Source: Nemertoderma westbladi (Eukaryota; Animalia; Xenacoelomorpha). From it: a stretch of DNA of 64,000 nucleotides. A program made the translations under genes and the position numbers. Shown in pieces: positions 51,485 to 64,000 of the stretch; within the stretch, counting starts at the first letter, position 1; every line of letters begins with the position of its first letter. The notes beneath the pieces were generated by a model. That model was given only the letters and a program-made list of their open reading frames with translations. It had not been told where the DNA came from and ran no database searches. Location: the NCBI GenBank assembly GCA_032718475.1, contig JAUCBJ010009006.1, positions 8,915 through 72,914 on the forward strand, read 5' to 3'.

Positions 51485-54441
51485 GTTTTATCCGCTGAGA
51501 CATACCGAATTACCTTTCAGCGACCTTTTTATCCACTGAGACATAAAAATTATCTTTCAGCAACCTTTTTATCCGCTGAGACATACAAAATTATCTTTCA
51601 GCGACCTTTTTATCCGCTGAGACATACAAAATTATCTTTCAGCGGCCTTTTTATCCGCTGAATTCTCTTTCAGCGGCCTTTTTATCCACTGAGACATACA
51701 AAATTATCTTTCAGCGGCCTTTTTATCCGCTGAATTCTCTTTCAGCGACCTTTTTATCCGCTGAGACATACAGAATTATCTTTCAGCGACCTTTTTATCC
51801 GCTGAGACATACAAAATTATCTTTCAGCGACCTTTTTATCCGCTGAGACATACAAAATTATCTTTCAGCGGCCTTTTTATCCGCTGAATTATCTTTCAGC
51901 GGCCTTTTTATCCGCTGAATTATCTTTCAGTGGCCTTTTTATCCGCTGAGACATACAAAATTCTCTTTCAGCGGCCTTTTTATCCGCTGAGACATACAGA
52001 ATTCTGTTTCAGCGACCTTTTTATCCGTTGAGACATACAAAATTCTCTTTCAGCGACCTTTTTATCCGCTGAGACATACAAAATTATCTTTCAGCGGCCT
52101 TTTTATCCGCTGAGACATACAGAATTCTGTTTCAGCGACCTTTTTATCCATTGAGACATACGCAATTCTCTTTCAGCGACCTTTTTATCCGCTGAGACAT
52201 ACAAAATTATCTTTCAGCGACCTTTTTATCCGCTGAGACATACAAAATTCTCTTTCAGCGGCCTTTTTATCCGCTGAGACATACAAAATTCTCTTTCAGC
52301 GGCCTTTTTATCCGCTGAGACATACAGAATTCTGTTTCAGCGACCTTTTTATCCGTTGAGACATACAAAATTCTCTTTCAGCAAACTTTTTATCCACTGA
52401 GACATACAAAATTATCTTTCAGCGGCCTTTTTATCCGCTGAGACATACAGAATTCTGTTTCAGCGACCTTTTTATCCACTGAGACATACAAAATTCTCTT
52501 TCAGCGGCCTTTTTATCCGCTGAGACATACAGAATTCTGTTTCAGCGACCTTTTTATCCGTTGAGACATACAAAATTCTCTTTCAGCGACCTTTTTATCC
52601 GCTGAGACATACAGAATTCTGTTTCAGCGACCTTTTTATCCGTTGAGACATACAAAATTCTCTTTCAGCAACCTTTTTATCCGCTGAGACATACAAAATT
52701 CTCTTTCAGCGGCCTTTTTATCCGCTGAGACATACAAAATTCTCTTTCAGCGGCCTTTTTATCCGCTGAGACATACAGAATTCTGTTTCAGCGACCTTTT
52801 TATCCATTGAGACATACAAAATTCTCTTTCAGCGGCCTTTTTATCCGCCGAGACATACAAAATTATCTTTCAGCAAACTTTTTATCCGCTGAGACATACA
52901 AAATTATCTTTCAGCGACCTTTTTATCCGCTGAGACATACAAAATTCTCTTTCAGCGGCCTTTTTATCTGCTGAGACATACAAAATTCTCTTTCAGCGGC
53001 CTTTTTATCCGCTGAGACATACAGAATTCTGTTTCAGCGACCTTTTTATCCGTTGAGACATACAAAATTCTCTTTCAGCGACCTTTTTATCCGCCGAGAC
53101 ATACAAAATTATCTTTCAGCAAACTTTTTATCCGCTGAGACATACAAAATTATCTTTCAGCGACCTTTTTATCCGCTGAGACATACAAAATTATCTTTCA
53201 GCGGCCTTTTTATCCGCTGAGACATACAGAATTCTGTTTCAGCGACCTTTTTATCCATTGAGACATACAAAATTCTCTTTCAGCGGCCTTTTTATCCGCC
53301 GAGACATACAAAATTATCTTTCAGCAAACTTTTTATCCGCTGAGACATACAAAATTATCTTTCAGCGACCTTTTTATCCGCTGAGACATACAAAATTCTC
53401 TTCCAGCGACCTTTTTATCCGCTGAGACATACAAAATTTTCTTTCAGCGACCTTTTTATCCGCTGAGACATATAAAATTATCTTTCAGTGACCTTTTTAT
53501 CCGCTGAGTCATACAAAGTTATCTTTCAGTGGCCTTTTTATCCGCTGAGACATACAAAATTCTCTTTCAGCGACCTTTTTATCCGCTGAGACATACAAAA
53601 TTCACTTCCAGCCACCTTTTTATCCGCTGAGACATACAAAATTATCTTTCAGCGACCTTTTTATCCGCTGAGACAGACAAAATTAGCTTTCAGCGGCCTT
53701 TTTATCCGCTGAGTCATACAAAGTTATCTTTCAGTGGCCTTTTTATCCGCTGAGACATACAAAATTCTCTTTCAGCGACCTTTTTATCCGCTGAGACATA
53801 CAAAATTCACTTCCAGCGACCTTTTTATCCGCTGAGACATACAAAATTATCTTTCAGCGACCTTTTTATCCGCTGAGACATACAAAATTATCTTTCAGCG
53901 ACCTTTTTATCCGCTGAAACATACAAAATTCTCTTCCAGCGACCTTTTTATCCGCGGAGACATACAAAAATCCTTCAGCGACCTTTTTATCTGCTGAGAC
54001 ATACAAAATTATCTTTCAGCGACCTTTTTATCTGCTGGACATACAAAATTATCTTTCAGCGACCTTTTTATCCGCTGAGACATACAAAATTCGCTTTCAG
54101 CTGCCTTTTTATCCGCTGAGTCATACAAAATAATTATCTTTCAGCAACCTTTTTATCCGCTGAGACATACAAAATTATCTTTCAGTGGCCTTTTTATCCG
54201 CTGAGACATACAGAATTCTCTTTCAGCGGCTTTTTTATCCGCTGAGACATACCAAATTCTTTTTCAGCGGTCTTTATATCTGCTGAAACATACAAAATTC
54301 GCTTTCAGCGGCCATTTTATCTGCTGAGTCATACAAAATTCGCTTTAAGTGGCCTTTTTTATCTGCTGAGACATACAAAATTCTCTTTCAGTGGCCTTTT
54401 TATCCGCTGAGACATACAGAATTATCTTTCAGCGGCTTTTT
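51485..54441. repeat. 41-bp satellite block 9 with degenerate distal edge
   Basis: Same monomer; substitutions and indels accumulate after ~53500, then unique sequence begins. Confidence 0.97.
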
Positions 54442-54939
54442 ACAATACCAAATTTATTTAAATCCATGGAATACTAACAATTTTATAGACAAAAGAAGGA
54501 AAATTGTTTTTTTTACCCCCAATGACTATACTTCTAATTGATAAGAAAATACTATTTCAAACATAATATTTCAGTAACATTTGGGTTAACATTAATTGTT
54601 TTCTTACATAACAATTTGTGAAACAGTGTTCGCGTTATTTCCATTTTGACACCGGGTATCCATCAAATTTACAAACTATTCCCAAATGAAATTTCCAAAT
54701 ATACCCGGGCATAGTGGGCAAAAAACTAGAAGTTATAAAACCCAAAATTATTCGATTACGGGCTGTCTTTCTGGAAGGCTGACCACTAAATTGTCGGCTT
54801 TTCAAAGTTAAAAGGTTGCCCGGAAGTGCAAGGAATCAAGTACTTGGCTTCAGGTAGAGTTCCTGACAGCCTAACCTAGGCTGTGCCAAGTGCGAAGGGA
54901 CAACCTATTCCCCAGTGGGTTATTTTTGTTGTGTGGAGT

Positions 54940-55545
54940 ATGATCCTGAAAGGGACTTGGAAACAAACAGACCATACCAGGAGGCCATGCAGCGGGAAGG
55001 GAACCTGACTTTGGACTGCCTGTGTGGTGCACTAGTTCACTGTGTGTAGTATGAGCCTGAAAAGAATTCGGAAACAATTGGCATAGCGCTCCATAAAGGA
55101 CTGACACTGACGGAGTGAGGTTTGTGATCTACGGAGTTATTACGAGCATGAAAAGGACTCGGAACACAACAGAAATCGCTCTCCTCTGCTCGCACCGACG
55201 TTATACGACTTACAGAGAGGATTATGGTCTACGAATTTATTACGAGCCTGAAAAGGACCCGGAATGCATTTCCTTGCTTGACTGACAGACATCGATGGAC
55301 AGAGTGGTTTGCAGTCTACAGAGCTATTACAAGCCTGAAAAGGACTCGGAACGTGATGGAAAACTGCATCCTCTCACCAGACACTACGGATATTAATGGA
55401 CGGAGCGATCGGCAGTGGACGGAGCTATTACGAGCCTGGTAAGGACTCGGAACGTAACGGAAATCGTCTATCCTCACCCAACACCAACTGACAGAGCATA
55501 CTGCAGTCGACGGAGCTATTACGAGCCTGAAAAGGACTCAGTATG
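54940..55545. repeat. Degenerate tandem repeat, 7 copies, period 87-111 bp
   Basis: Core (GAGCTATTAC)GAGCCTGAAAAGGACTCGGAA at ~54945, 55056, 55147, 55247, 55334, 55435, 55526. Confidence 0.8.
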
Positions 55546-56144
55546 CAATGGAAGCTGCAGCCCCTTGCCAGACATGACAGACACCGACTAGACATGGGTA
55601 TCAAATGTAGTTGGGGTGGTTTAAAATCATATAAAGTAAATTTGTTGTCTTATAAAGTTGTAAAAAAAAATTTAAAAATTATAAAATGTATATGTTTATT
55701 CTAATTATTTGATGTATGGGAGCCCAAAAGTGAACAAATTAACATTCAAATCAGTTATTATTTTTCTATGATCTGCATAACAAATTCCAAGTTTCCCCTA
55801 ACACCAATAATTCCTGTGAATAGTATTCTGGGATCTAGCGCAACCCCCAGGAACATACATCAGTGTCAATTCCCTGTTCTGGAACCGACGGCAACAAAAT
55901 TCTAAATATTTGTAGGCAGAATTCGACTGCGATTTCTGAAACAACTTGCCGGGATTCTAATTGGAGGATTATCGAGAATAATCGGCTGAAATCAAACTTC
56001 CATGCTACCCCAAGCACGCACTACGAGGAAAATATGAGTATTTAAATTAGTATAAAGACGTGGTTCAAAACCTAATCGAACTATAAAATTCTTTGTCAAA
56101 AGATTCAAGTCACTCAAATCACCAGATGAACAAAATCAACAAAA

Positions 56145-56336
56145 ATGGAAGTGTCAATTACTCCGATTGATCTTATACAGGTTGAACCAGGTGTTTGGCA
56201 TATTGAAGTCGAAATTCAAAAAACCAACCTAGGTAAATTTCGAATAATCGTGCGGATAGTACAATCACAATACGAGACTTATGAGGATCTGTTTCGTGCT
56301 ATTGCACACATTGCTATAAGAGCAGTGCTAGAATAA
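56145..56336 (+). CDS. 63-aa hypothetical upstream ORF coupled to BEL-C gag by a TAATG overlap
   Basis: Start context AACAAAAATGG; stop and next start overlap at 56334-56338; no recognisable homology. Confidence 0.3.
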   Translation: MEVSITPIDLIQVEPGVWHIEVEIQKTNLGKFRIIVRIVQSQYETYEDLFRAIAHIAIRAVLE

Positions 56337-57034
56337 TGGAGCACAAACCTGTCACTACCAGTGGAAATGACCTACGAACAGACTCAGAGTTGGACCAGGA
56401 ACATAATATCCATAATGTGGCCTGTAAACTCGGTACATTAAAGGGGCTAGTCACGAGAGCCAACTCATGGATAGAAACACTCTTAAAGAGATCCAATACC
56501 TCAATCGGTGACATTCATCATCAGCTACAAAAGGTCCGGAGCGCTATTGGGAAGTATGAAACTTCCACTCAAGCATATATGAACTTGATACCAAGCGATG
56601 ATGATGAGAATGTCCCAACACTTGAGGAACATATAAAACATCTTGACGAGTTCCGGAGACAGCACACTCGTATCATTCAACTTGTACGGAACTACGAGGA
56701 GCAGTCTCAGTGGAAACAGGAGAGCGCTGCTGAAACTACGTCAACAGTTACCACCAGACAGTCGTCTCAGAGGAGCCGCCATTTATCTAGACATTCTGAA
56801 TCCAGCTTCCGAAGTGCCACATCTACTAAAACTGCAAATTCACAATCAAACAGGTTACAGGACCAGGTATGGGAACAAAAAGCGCGAGCTCTTCAATCTT
56901 GTATGAATAATGAGTATGCGCAACTTCAACTTGATAGAGATGCTCTAAATCAGGAAATGATAGCTCGACGCAATGAAATCGAGGAAGAAGATAGGAGAAT
57001 GGAGTTAAAAGAACGATGCTCTTCGTAGACAAGA

Positions 57035-57170
57035 GGAAGAAGAACAAGATGTTCTTCGGAAACAAGAAAAAGCAAAACAAGATGCCCTTCGTAAACAAGA
57101 AGAAGCAAAACAAGATGCCCATCAGAAACAGGAAGAAGCAAAACAAGATGCCCTTCGGAAACAGGAGGCC
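57035..57170 (+). repeat. 33-bp coding tandem repeat (KQEEAKQDALR, ~4 copies) in BEL-C gag
   Basis: AAACAAGAAGAAGCAAAACAAGATGCCCTTCG repeated with a 33-bp period. Confidence 0.85.
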
Positions 57171-57464
57171 ATTGAAAGCACCAGAAGACACCAAGAGGCT
57201 GTCAAAAAAGAAAATAATATTAAAATGGGAGGCAGAACAGCATGCTAGGGAAATAAATGTACAAAAGATCATAATCCAAAAAAAGAGTATGGATGATGCC
57301 AAATTGGCCGAATACAAGACTGCAAGACTTATAAATGCATAGACCTATGCAGGCAGCATTCTGACCACAATCCTACATACTTAGAAATGTCCAGGTTTCT
57401 GGATGATGTCTCGTAAGCGATGAACGATTCTATGTTTTCCAAACAAAGTCTATCGAAGCTGGAT

Positions 57465-58889
57465 CTACTACTACTAGGATCGGCATGCTGCATTGCAGCT
57501 GCATTTTTAAGAATGCTGTGCTGGCTTATCGACGAAATTGCACAGCCACAACTCCCTATCACCCATGACATTAGCTAGATCATCCGCATCTTCAAGGCCA
57601 GTGTCATTTAAGATGCGTCTCAAGAAAGTCATAGGCTGTCCACCATGCTTATTCACTCCATGAGGCTGCCAAAGTACAAGATTATGCACTGGCTGGTCCT
57701 CACGGCGAAAGCAATGTCCTGCAAAGCGGAGGCGATTTTGTTCTAGTGTCAAGCTTGGGGGAACCAATGAGACACCTCCAATGTTATATAGTGTCTGGTT
57801 GGAGATGTGTGCATTCTACTTGACACAATGAACCCGGCATAGCATTCTTGTGAATGTGCCATCCAGAAATTTGGTGTCCTCAGCACTTAGAGCCCAGCAT
57901 GGGACTACTGCTGCTCTAAATAATCGGACCTTAAGTTTCCGATTAATTCTCGGTGACTTCCAAATCCTGGAAAGCCTATTCAAGGCTGCCCATGCCTTTC
58001 CCTTACGTATTCGAAGGTCCTCACCTGACTTCCGGATTCATTATCCCAGGTAACAGAAGTCATTCACATGCTCAAGCATACCATCTTTTGAGCTTATGCT
58101 CATCCGATCAGAGACTTGCTGAGGACTTTCAAAGTTAACTGTCAAAATTTTGGTCTTTCTGGAGTTAATAAAAAGACCAACACTAGAAGCGGCATGTTCT
58201 AATGAGTTGAGGAGCCGTTGGGCTCCCTCTAGTGATTCTGAGAGTACTCCTAAGTCATCAGCAAAGTCTAGATCAGTTAGGTACTTGGCAGGATTTCCTC
58301 GACTTCTGGAGCCTGTAGGTGGAGTTATCATCACCCCATCATCATTATGATGATCTAAGGACATAGTCTAGAATATAGTCAACAACAATTATGAAAAAGA
58401 ATGGTGCAAGTGTGTCTCCCTGGAGGACGCCCCATAACACTTCAAATGGTTCTGTGTCACCGTCAACAGTAGACACAAATGTTGTCGAACCATCGTATAC
58501 TGATCTGATTGCTGCAATAATTTCATCAGGAATCCCATATAATGAAAGTATGCTGAACATACGTGAGCAAGAGACTGAATCAAAGGCCTTGAAGAAGTCA
58601 ACAAAGATAACAGCCAGATGCCTGTCTTTCTTTTTTGATAACTCTTCAATTATCCTTCTAAGTGCCAAAATGGGCTCCATGGTCCCACGACCTTTACGGA
58701 ACCCATTCTGATTTCCATGGAGCAGTCTCTCAATAGGATCCCTGATGTGATTTAATAGAATTCTATTGTATAGCTTTGCAGCAATCGAGATCAATGAGAT
58801 TCCCCGAAAAGAACCATAGAGTGTTAGGTTGCCCTTCTTGGGAACTGGCACCAACTTATTTGTTTTCATTTCTTTTTTTTCATTTCATT
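57465..58889 (-). mobile_element. 5'-truncated RTE-clade LINE nested in BEL-C
   Basis: RT motifs PVPKKG, FRGISL, QNGFRKGR, FVDFFKAFDS, GVLQGDTLAP, LDFADD, FCYLG and C-terminal RLRFAGHC; (TAG)4 tail; 12-bp TSD TCGAAGCTGGAT at 57453-57464 and 58890-58901. Confidence 0.93.
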
Positions 58890-61800
58890 TCGAAGCTGGA
58901 TGGGGGGGGGGGGGGAGCCAACAATGCGATCTCGCATTCCCACCCCAAAACCCTGGTGTCTTGAACCCGTCAGTACGATGGCTATCTACATGTCGGAAGA
59001 GGAAGATAAGGATGACGATGACCTAGAAACGGCTGAAGAATGGGCCTGAAGAATGGAACTTTCTTATGTATATTTTGTGGTGAGAATCACACTGTAGAAT
59101 TCTGTCAAAAGTTCAAGTATGCAGACTTGATAGCGCACTTCGAAACCATTATGAAGCATCAAGGATGTTTTAAATGTTTAGGAACAGGACACTGCATGCG
59201 AGAGTGTGAGAAGAGATCATGTTGTGCTATTTGCAGTGACAATCGACACCACACATTATTACACATCCCTGCAAATTTTGGCTTTTCAACTTTTCCCATT
59301 AGGGGGGGAATGAGACGGTGAGAAATGCTAACAACATTAAATCTGGTAGCCATCATATCACTCCGCGTCTAAGGAAGGGACAAAAAGGAATGTAGACAAT
59401 TTAGACAATCATCCAATGGAACAATTGTTGACAAAGAGTTCATCGAGAAACTTCGAATATAGTATGAACCTTACAAAAGGCTGATACAAACGATCACCTA
59501 CCATAGAGAAGTCAAATGCGGTGAAGTAGAACTACAGATTGGTGGTGTGATGCGCGGATATGAGGACGTGAACCTCACTATACGAAATGCATTGGTGCAT
59601 ACAAATCTATGCGTACGATTCCGACAATCTGGGGATTTTGTGTCACTTATACAACTCGATAGGGCCGCTGTGGACCTTTATTGTCCAAAGTTGGACGTTA
59701 ATAAAATTAGCATATTGATCGGACTCGACATGCCGGTTTTCCACATACCCATGGGTGACATAGCCAGATGCATTAGACCAAACGATGGATTCTACGCGGA
59801 AAGGACTGTTTTGGGATGGACTTTATGTGGAATCAAGGAGGAAACTGTTGATACGTATACATATCTCCCTAAATGTCAGGTTGAGAACAAACTTGTTAAC
59901 ATTAGACATTGCTCAACGACATATGAAAGCCAGGATCTTTTCCTAGAATCAGAAAGGACCCAAAGGGAGATGACGAGATACTTTAATTTCGAAACTCAGG
60001 AGTTCGCAGAGAGGGATGAGGCACTGTCCGAAGAAGACAGATTCTGCATGAAACTCATGGACCAAGCTGAATCCGTAGGCGGACATTGGAGATCTCCAAT
60101 GTTATGGAAAGATCCGGATAAAGTTCTGATTGACAACTCAAGTATGGCTCTGAATCGCCTAAAAGGGATTCTGAAAAGGTTGAGCACCCAACCAGACCTG
60201 AAGGACCGATATAATGAGGTAATGGCTGGGTATTTGAAAGACGGATTGGCAGAACTGGTACCAGATGATGAGATTAAATGATCTTCTAGAACATATCACT
60301 TACCAACACACTATGTTATAGAAAAGCGTAAAGCTGGAAAGTTGAGAGTGGTTAATGATGACGCAGCCACTATCCAAGGTGAATCACTCAACAGCCAGCT
60401 ATACACTGGACCAAACATTTACAGCAACCTGATTGGCATATTACTCAAGTTTAGAGAAAACAAGGTGGCCTTTACATGTGACATTAAATCCATGTTCCAT
60501 CAGGTTCAAACACTAGCCAGAGACTCTGACAGCCTGTGGATATTATGGACTTACAAGACACTTAATATCTCAGAGATAAACAGCCCCACGTTGAATGATG
60601 TCGACATACTAAGTATGGTGGTACGTATCTTCGGCTCAAAGGATTCACTGGTTGTGTATAGCGATATGATTAAGAAAACTGCGGATATGTTGGAGGATAA
60701 ATACGATCCAAGCGTAATAAGTAATATACAGTACTGCTTTTATAGGGATGATGGATGTGCAGGCGCAGAGACCGTAGATGAGGCATACGACCTAGCAATG
60801 GGGATGGTAGGTTGTGTAGGAGAAGCTTTAGTAAAGTTCAGATCCCCAAATGAAGAGTTGATGAAAAGATTCCCAAAAGAAATAAAGATGGAACACAACA
60901 AAATGTATGCCATGGAAACGGAACATCGGGTCTTAGGGGTCGAATGGGATATAAAGAGTGAAGATTTCCTGTTCAAATAAACACCGGTGGATTGACCTCT
61001 GACGAAGAGAGGATGTTTGTCCATCACGAGTTCTATATTTGATCCATTAAACTTTATTTCACCTGTTACTTTAACAGGGATGAACCTTATCAAAGAAATG
61101 TGGATCAACGGCATTGGATAGGACCAGGAACTGCCTGTGGTATTCAGAAAGAAATGGGAAGTGTGGGTAAAGAATCTGGAGCATCTAAAATTGAGCAGGG
61201 TTTCACACCCGTTCTTTCCAGATAAACATCCGTGAGACGTGTACCAACTACACACGTTTTCAGACGCTTCAAACACCGGGATAGGAGTTATCACCTACTT
61301 ACGACAGATCAATGAGGATGGAGGAATCAATACTAGTTTTGTCTTCGCAAAGGCGAAAACAGTGTCAGGAGAATTTGTGGCGACTGTTCCCAGACTTGAG
61401 CTCCAAGTTGCAGTATGGACGGTCTGCCAAAATAGAATGATCCTACAAGAGATACGGATTGATGTCGAATCTGAACATTTTTGGGTAGATTCAAGTATTG
61501 TTCTCTATTACTTTCATTCGCCTTCCAGGCGGCATACGACATTTGTCCCCAACCATGCCACGGAAATAAAACAATGCACCGATAGGGAACAATGGCATCA
61601 CGTGGCCAGAAATCAAAATCCATCGGACATCGCTAGTAGGGGGCAACACCACGACAGCTGGGTAATAGTGAAAACTGGTTGGAGGTTCCGGAATTCCTTC
61701 AACAACCCCAACTAACTTGGAGTGTCCAATTTGACGCGGAACAGGACACCGGAAAGTACATAAAGATGATAAGGAGCTTAGGAAAGTAAAAGGTAGACAT

Positions 61801-63100
61801 TTACTACTAGCTGACTAAACTTGGAGAAAACTCGGGTAGATATTATTCAATATCTCGTTCTTTCCCAACCCCAGACAACACGATGATACACCAATTGATA
61901 GAACGGAGTTCATCAATGAAAAAATTCATTAACTATATATTGGTGCTTCGTAACTTCATGAGATAGAGACAGAACATCCCAATTATTAAATACAACAGCC
62001 AAGAATATGCGATTGCCGAGAAATGTGTTGTGAGATATGTACAGAAAGAATACTTCCTAGATGAGTGGGAACAGCTGGAAAAGGGCAGGACAGTAAAACC
62101 AGATAGCCTGATTTACCAACTCAGACCCATTATGGGTAATGATAGATTGATACGCATGGACACCCGTATGGCACAGGCCCCAGCAGAGTATGAAGTCAAA
62201 TATCCTGCAATCATACATGGGTTTTCGCATCTTGCGAAACTCTTAATAAGACAGGGCCATGAGGACAACCTGCATGCTGGACAGAACTGGATAATCGCCA
62301 ATATTCGGCAATGCTATTGGATAACATGTATCCAACCCCTTACTAGGAAAGTCTTAAAGGGATGCTTCAAATGTAGCTGTATAGTATGTGTATACTATAC
62401 GTGTATGTGTATGCAGCTAGTATATCTAGCTGCTACTTCAGAACAGGGAATGGCTGAAATATCATTAAACAGGATGATATCTGATCTACCCCTGTTCTGC
62501 ATAACGGGATTGGACTGTTTCGGACCTTTCACGGTGATTGAGAGGCGATCCAACATTAAGCAATGGGGAATCATATTTACATGCCTAAGATCACGAGCTG
62601 TCAATCTAGACATCATCGTAAATCTGTCACAGCACGCATTCTTAAATGCGTTACGCAGATTCATTTCCAGCAATGGAACCTGTAAACATATTTACTCCGA
62701 CAACAGTACCAACTTCGTTTGAGGAGAAAGACTATTGAGGGAGAACATCGCAGAGTGGTTTTCAAAAGATACGGCCACTCCGCTCAGGTATGGAACAAAC
62801 ATCAAATAGAATGGCATTTTCAAACCTCATTTTCCCGGATCCCAGTGAAATCAGTCGTCACGCCAACTGTAAGAAATCGCAAGCATTGGCAGCACACTGA
62901 TGGAGGGTATGGTAGCACGAATATCTAATAACACTCAGAACCCGCCTGAAATGGAATCGCATTCACAGAAACATCGCAGTTGGAGATATGGTGCTTGTTA
63001 AAGATGAACTGAAAAATCGTGTTCATTGGCCTGTAGCTCGTGTTACCAAGATTTTCCCTGGAAAAGACGGTCTCACCCGCACTGTGACGATCCCAACATC

Positions 63101-63215
63101 AAAGGGCCACTATGATCGCCCTATCCATACTTTATGCTTATTGGAAGCGGTCTGTGACGACATTGAGGAGTACACTGTAAAGGGCCACTATGATAGCCCA
63201 ATCCAGACTTTATTT
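63101..63215 (+). repeat. Duplication (period 78 bp) at the BEL-C integrase C-terminus
   Basis: KGHYDRPIHTL and KGHYDSPIQTL are 26 codons apart. Confidence 0.75.
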
Positions 63216-64000
63216 CTGTTCAAGGATGATCATAAGATAAAGTGATGGAGTCAATCAAATAAACTGTGTATTCACATAATATAATGTTGATGAAAATAAT
63301 GGTGATTTAATGACAACGATTATGGTCTTTCTTTGACACCTGTTACCAAGCACCTGATTTGGAATTCATTTTCCTTGTGTGATGAATGTAAATTCCAGCG
63401 TCACCCCGAGGAATGCGTCCGCTCTGACTGCAGGGTGCTTTATATGGACGATGTTCAGTTGGATTGAATGGAAATTTGTTGAATGAATATGTAGCCTCAA
63501 AAAGATTTATTCTGGATTTCATTCTAATCATTGTGTTGGTTTTCACTCTAGGTGGGGGCCCTGGAGCAGTGTAACGAGCCCGCTGCTCTCGTCGAGTTTG
63601 TTTTCCTTCCTTCATGTTGTTTCGTTCCTGATGGTTTTCTCTCTGGGGATGGCCCTGGAGCGGTGTAACGAGCCCGCTGCCATTTCCAACTTGATTTCGC
63701 AACAACCTATCCACAATATTTTTGTCCCAAGGATGAAATATTCACGCAGCTGATGGAAGTTGAAAATAATTAAATATCGTTGATACTGTTCCTGAATGGA
63801 ACTTCGGTTCACCCAATATGGATCTTTGTAACTGATGTGTTAAAGCTGTGAGGGACTTACACTCACGAATGTATAGCCTGGGGGCTCAAAATACCCAATG
63901 ATAGCCACGGGGGCTTAAAACCCAACGATATATCTAAAAGACAAAAAAAAGGTGTATAATGAGATAAAAAAGGATATAAAAAGGAAAAATGATTGAAAAA

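Larger units (their letters stand above)
56336..63245 (+). mobile_element. gag-pol: Decayed BEL/Pao retrotransposon BEL-C, fragmented gag-pol; LTRs not identified
   Basis: Gag N-terminus GTLKGLVTR; knuckles CIFCGENHTVEFC, CFKCLGTGHCMREC, CAICSDNRHHTLLH; RT FTCDIKSMF, FYRDD; RNase H LHTFSDAS, VPRLELQ, NPSDIASRG; integrase TGLDCFGP, SDNSTNF; DUF5641-like WPVARV..GKDG. Many stops and frameshifts; no Gag capsid core is visible. Confidence 0.9.

Noticed and set aside
8461-54441. CRISPR-like look of palindromic repeats, and terminator-like hairpin plus T-run
   Set aside because: Monomers are head-to-tail with no unique spacers, there are no cas genes, and the context is eukaryotic TEs; this is satellite DNA.
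55606-56100. Candidate 5' LTR of BEL-C starting TGTAGTTGGGG
   Set aside because: No second copy, clear CA end or PBS in the window.

Overview
Eukaryotic (animal-type), repeat-saturated window with no recognisable host gene. 1-8429: 3' part of BEL/Pao LTR retrotransposon BEL-A (+), whose gag-pol is broken by only one frameshift and one stop and whose 561-bp 3' LTR is present. 8430-54441: composite tandem array of nine blocks of a 41-bp dyad-symmetric satellite separated by eight near-identical ~1.64-kb spacers, each carrying a MULE-like MITE and a CR1/L2-type LINE 3' end. Spacer 8 is interrupted by the 12.1-kb element BEL-B (-, 38296-50418; 1251-bp LTRs with no difference seen; TSD GCCCG). 54940-55545: degenerate ~95-bp repeats. 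56145-63245: decayed BEL/Pao element BEL-C (+) with a nested 5'-truncated RTE LINE. BEL-B is the most unusual object. It is apparently very recently mobilised, has lost RT, most of RNase H and integrase through two in-frame deletions, shows no tRNA-type PBS, and carries in the env position an extra ORF with three CCHC-like zinc knuckles preceded by a long G-U-rich hairpin. All comparisons were made by eye; no searches or folding programs were run.
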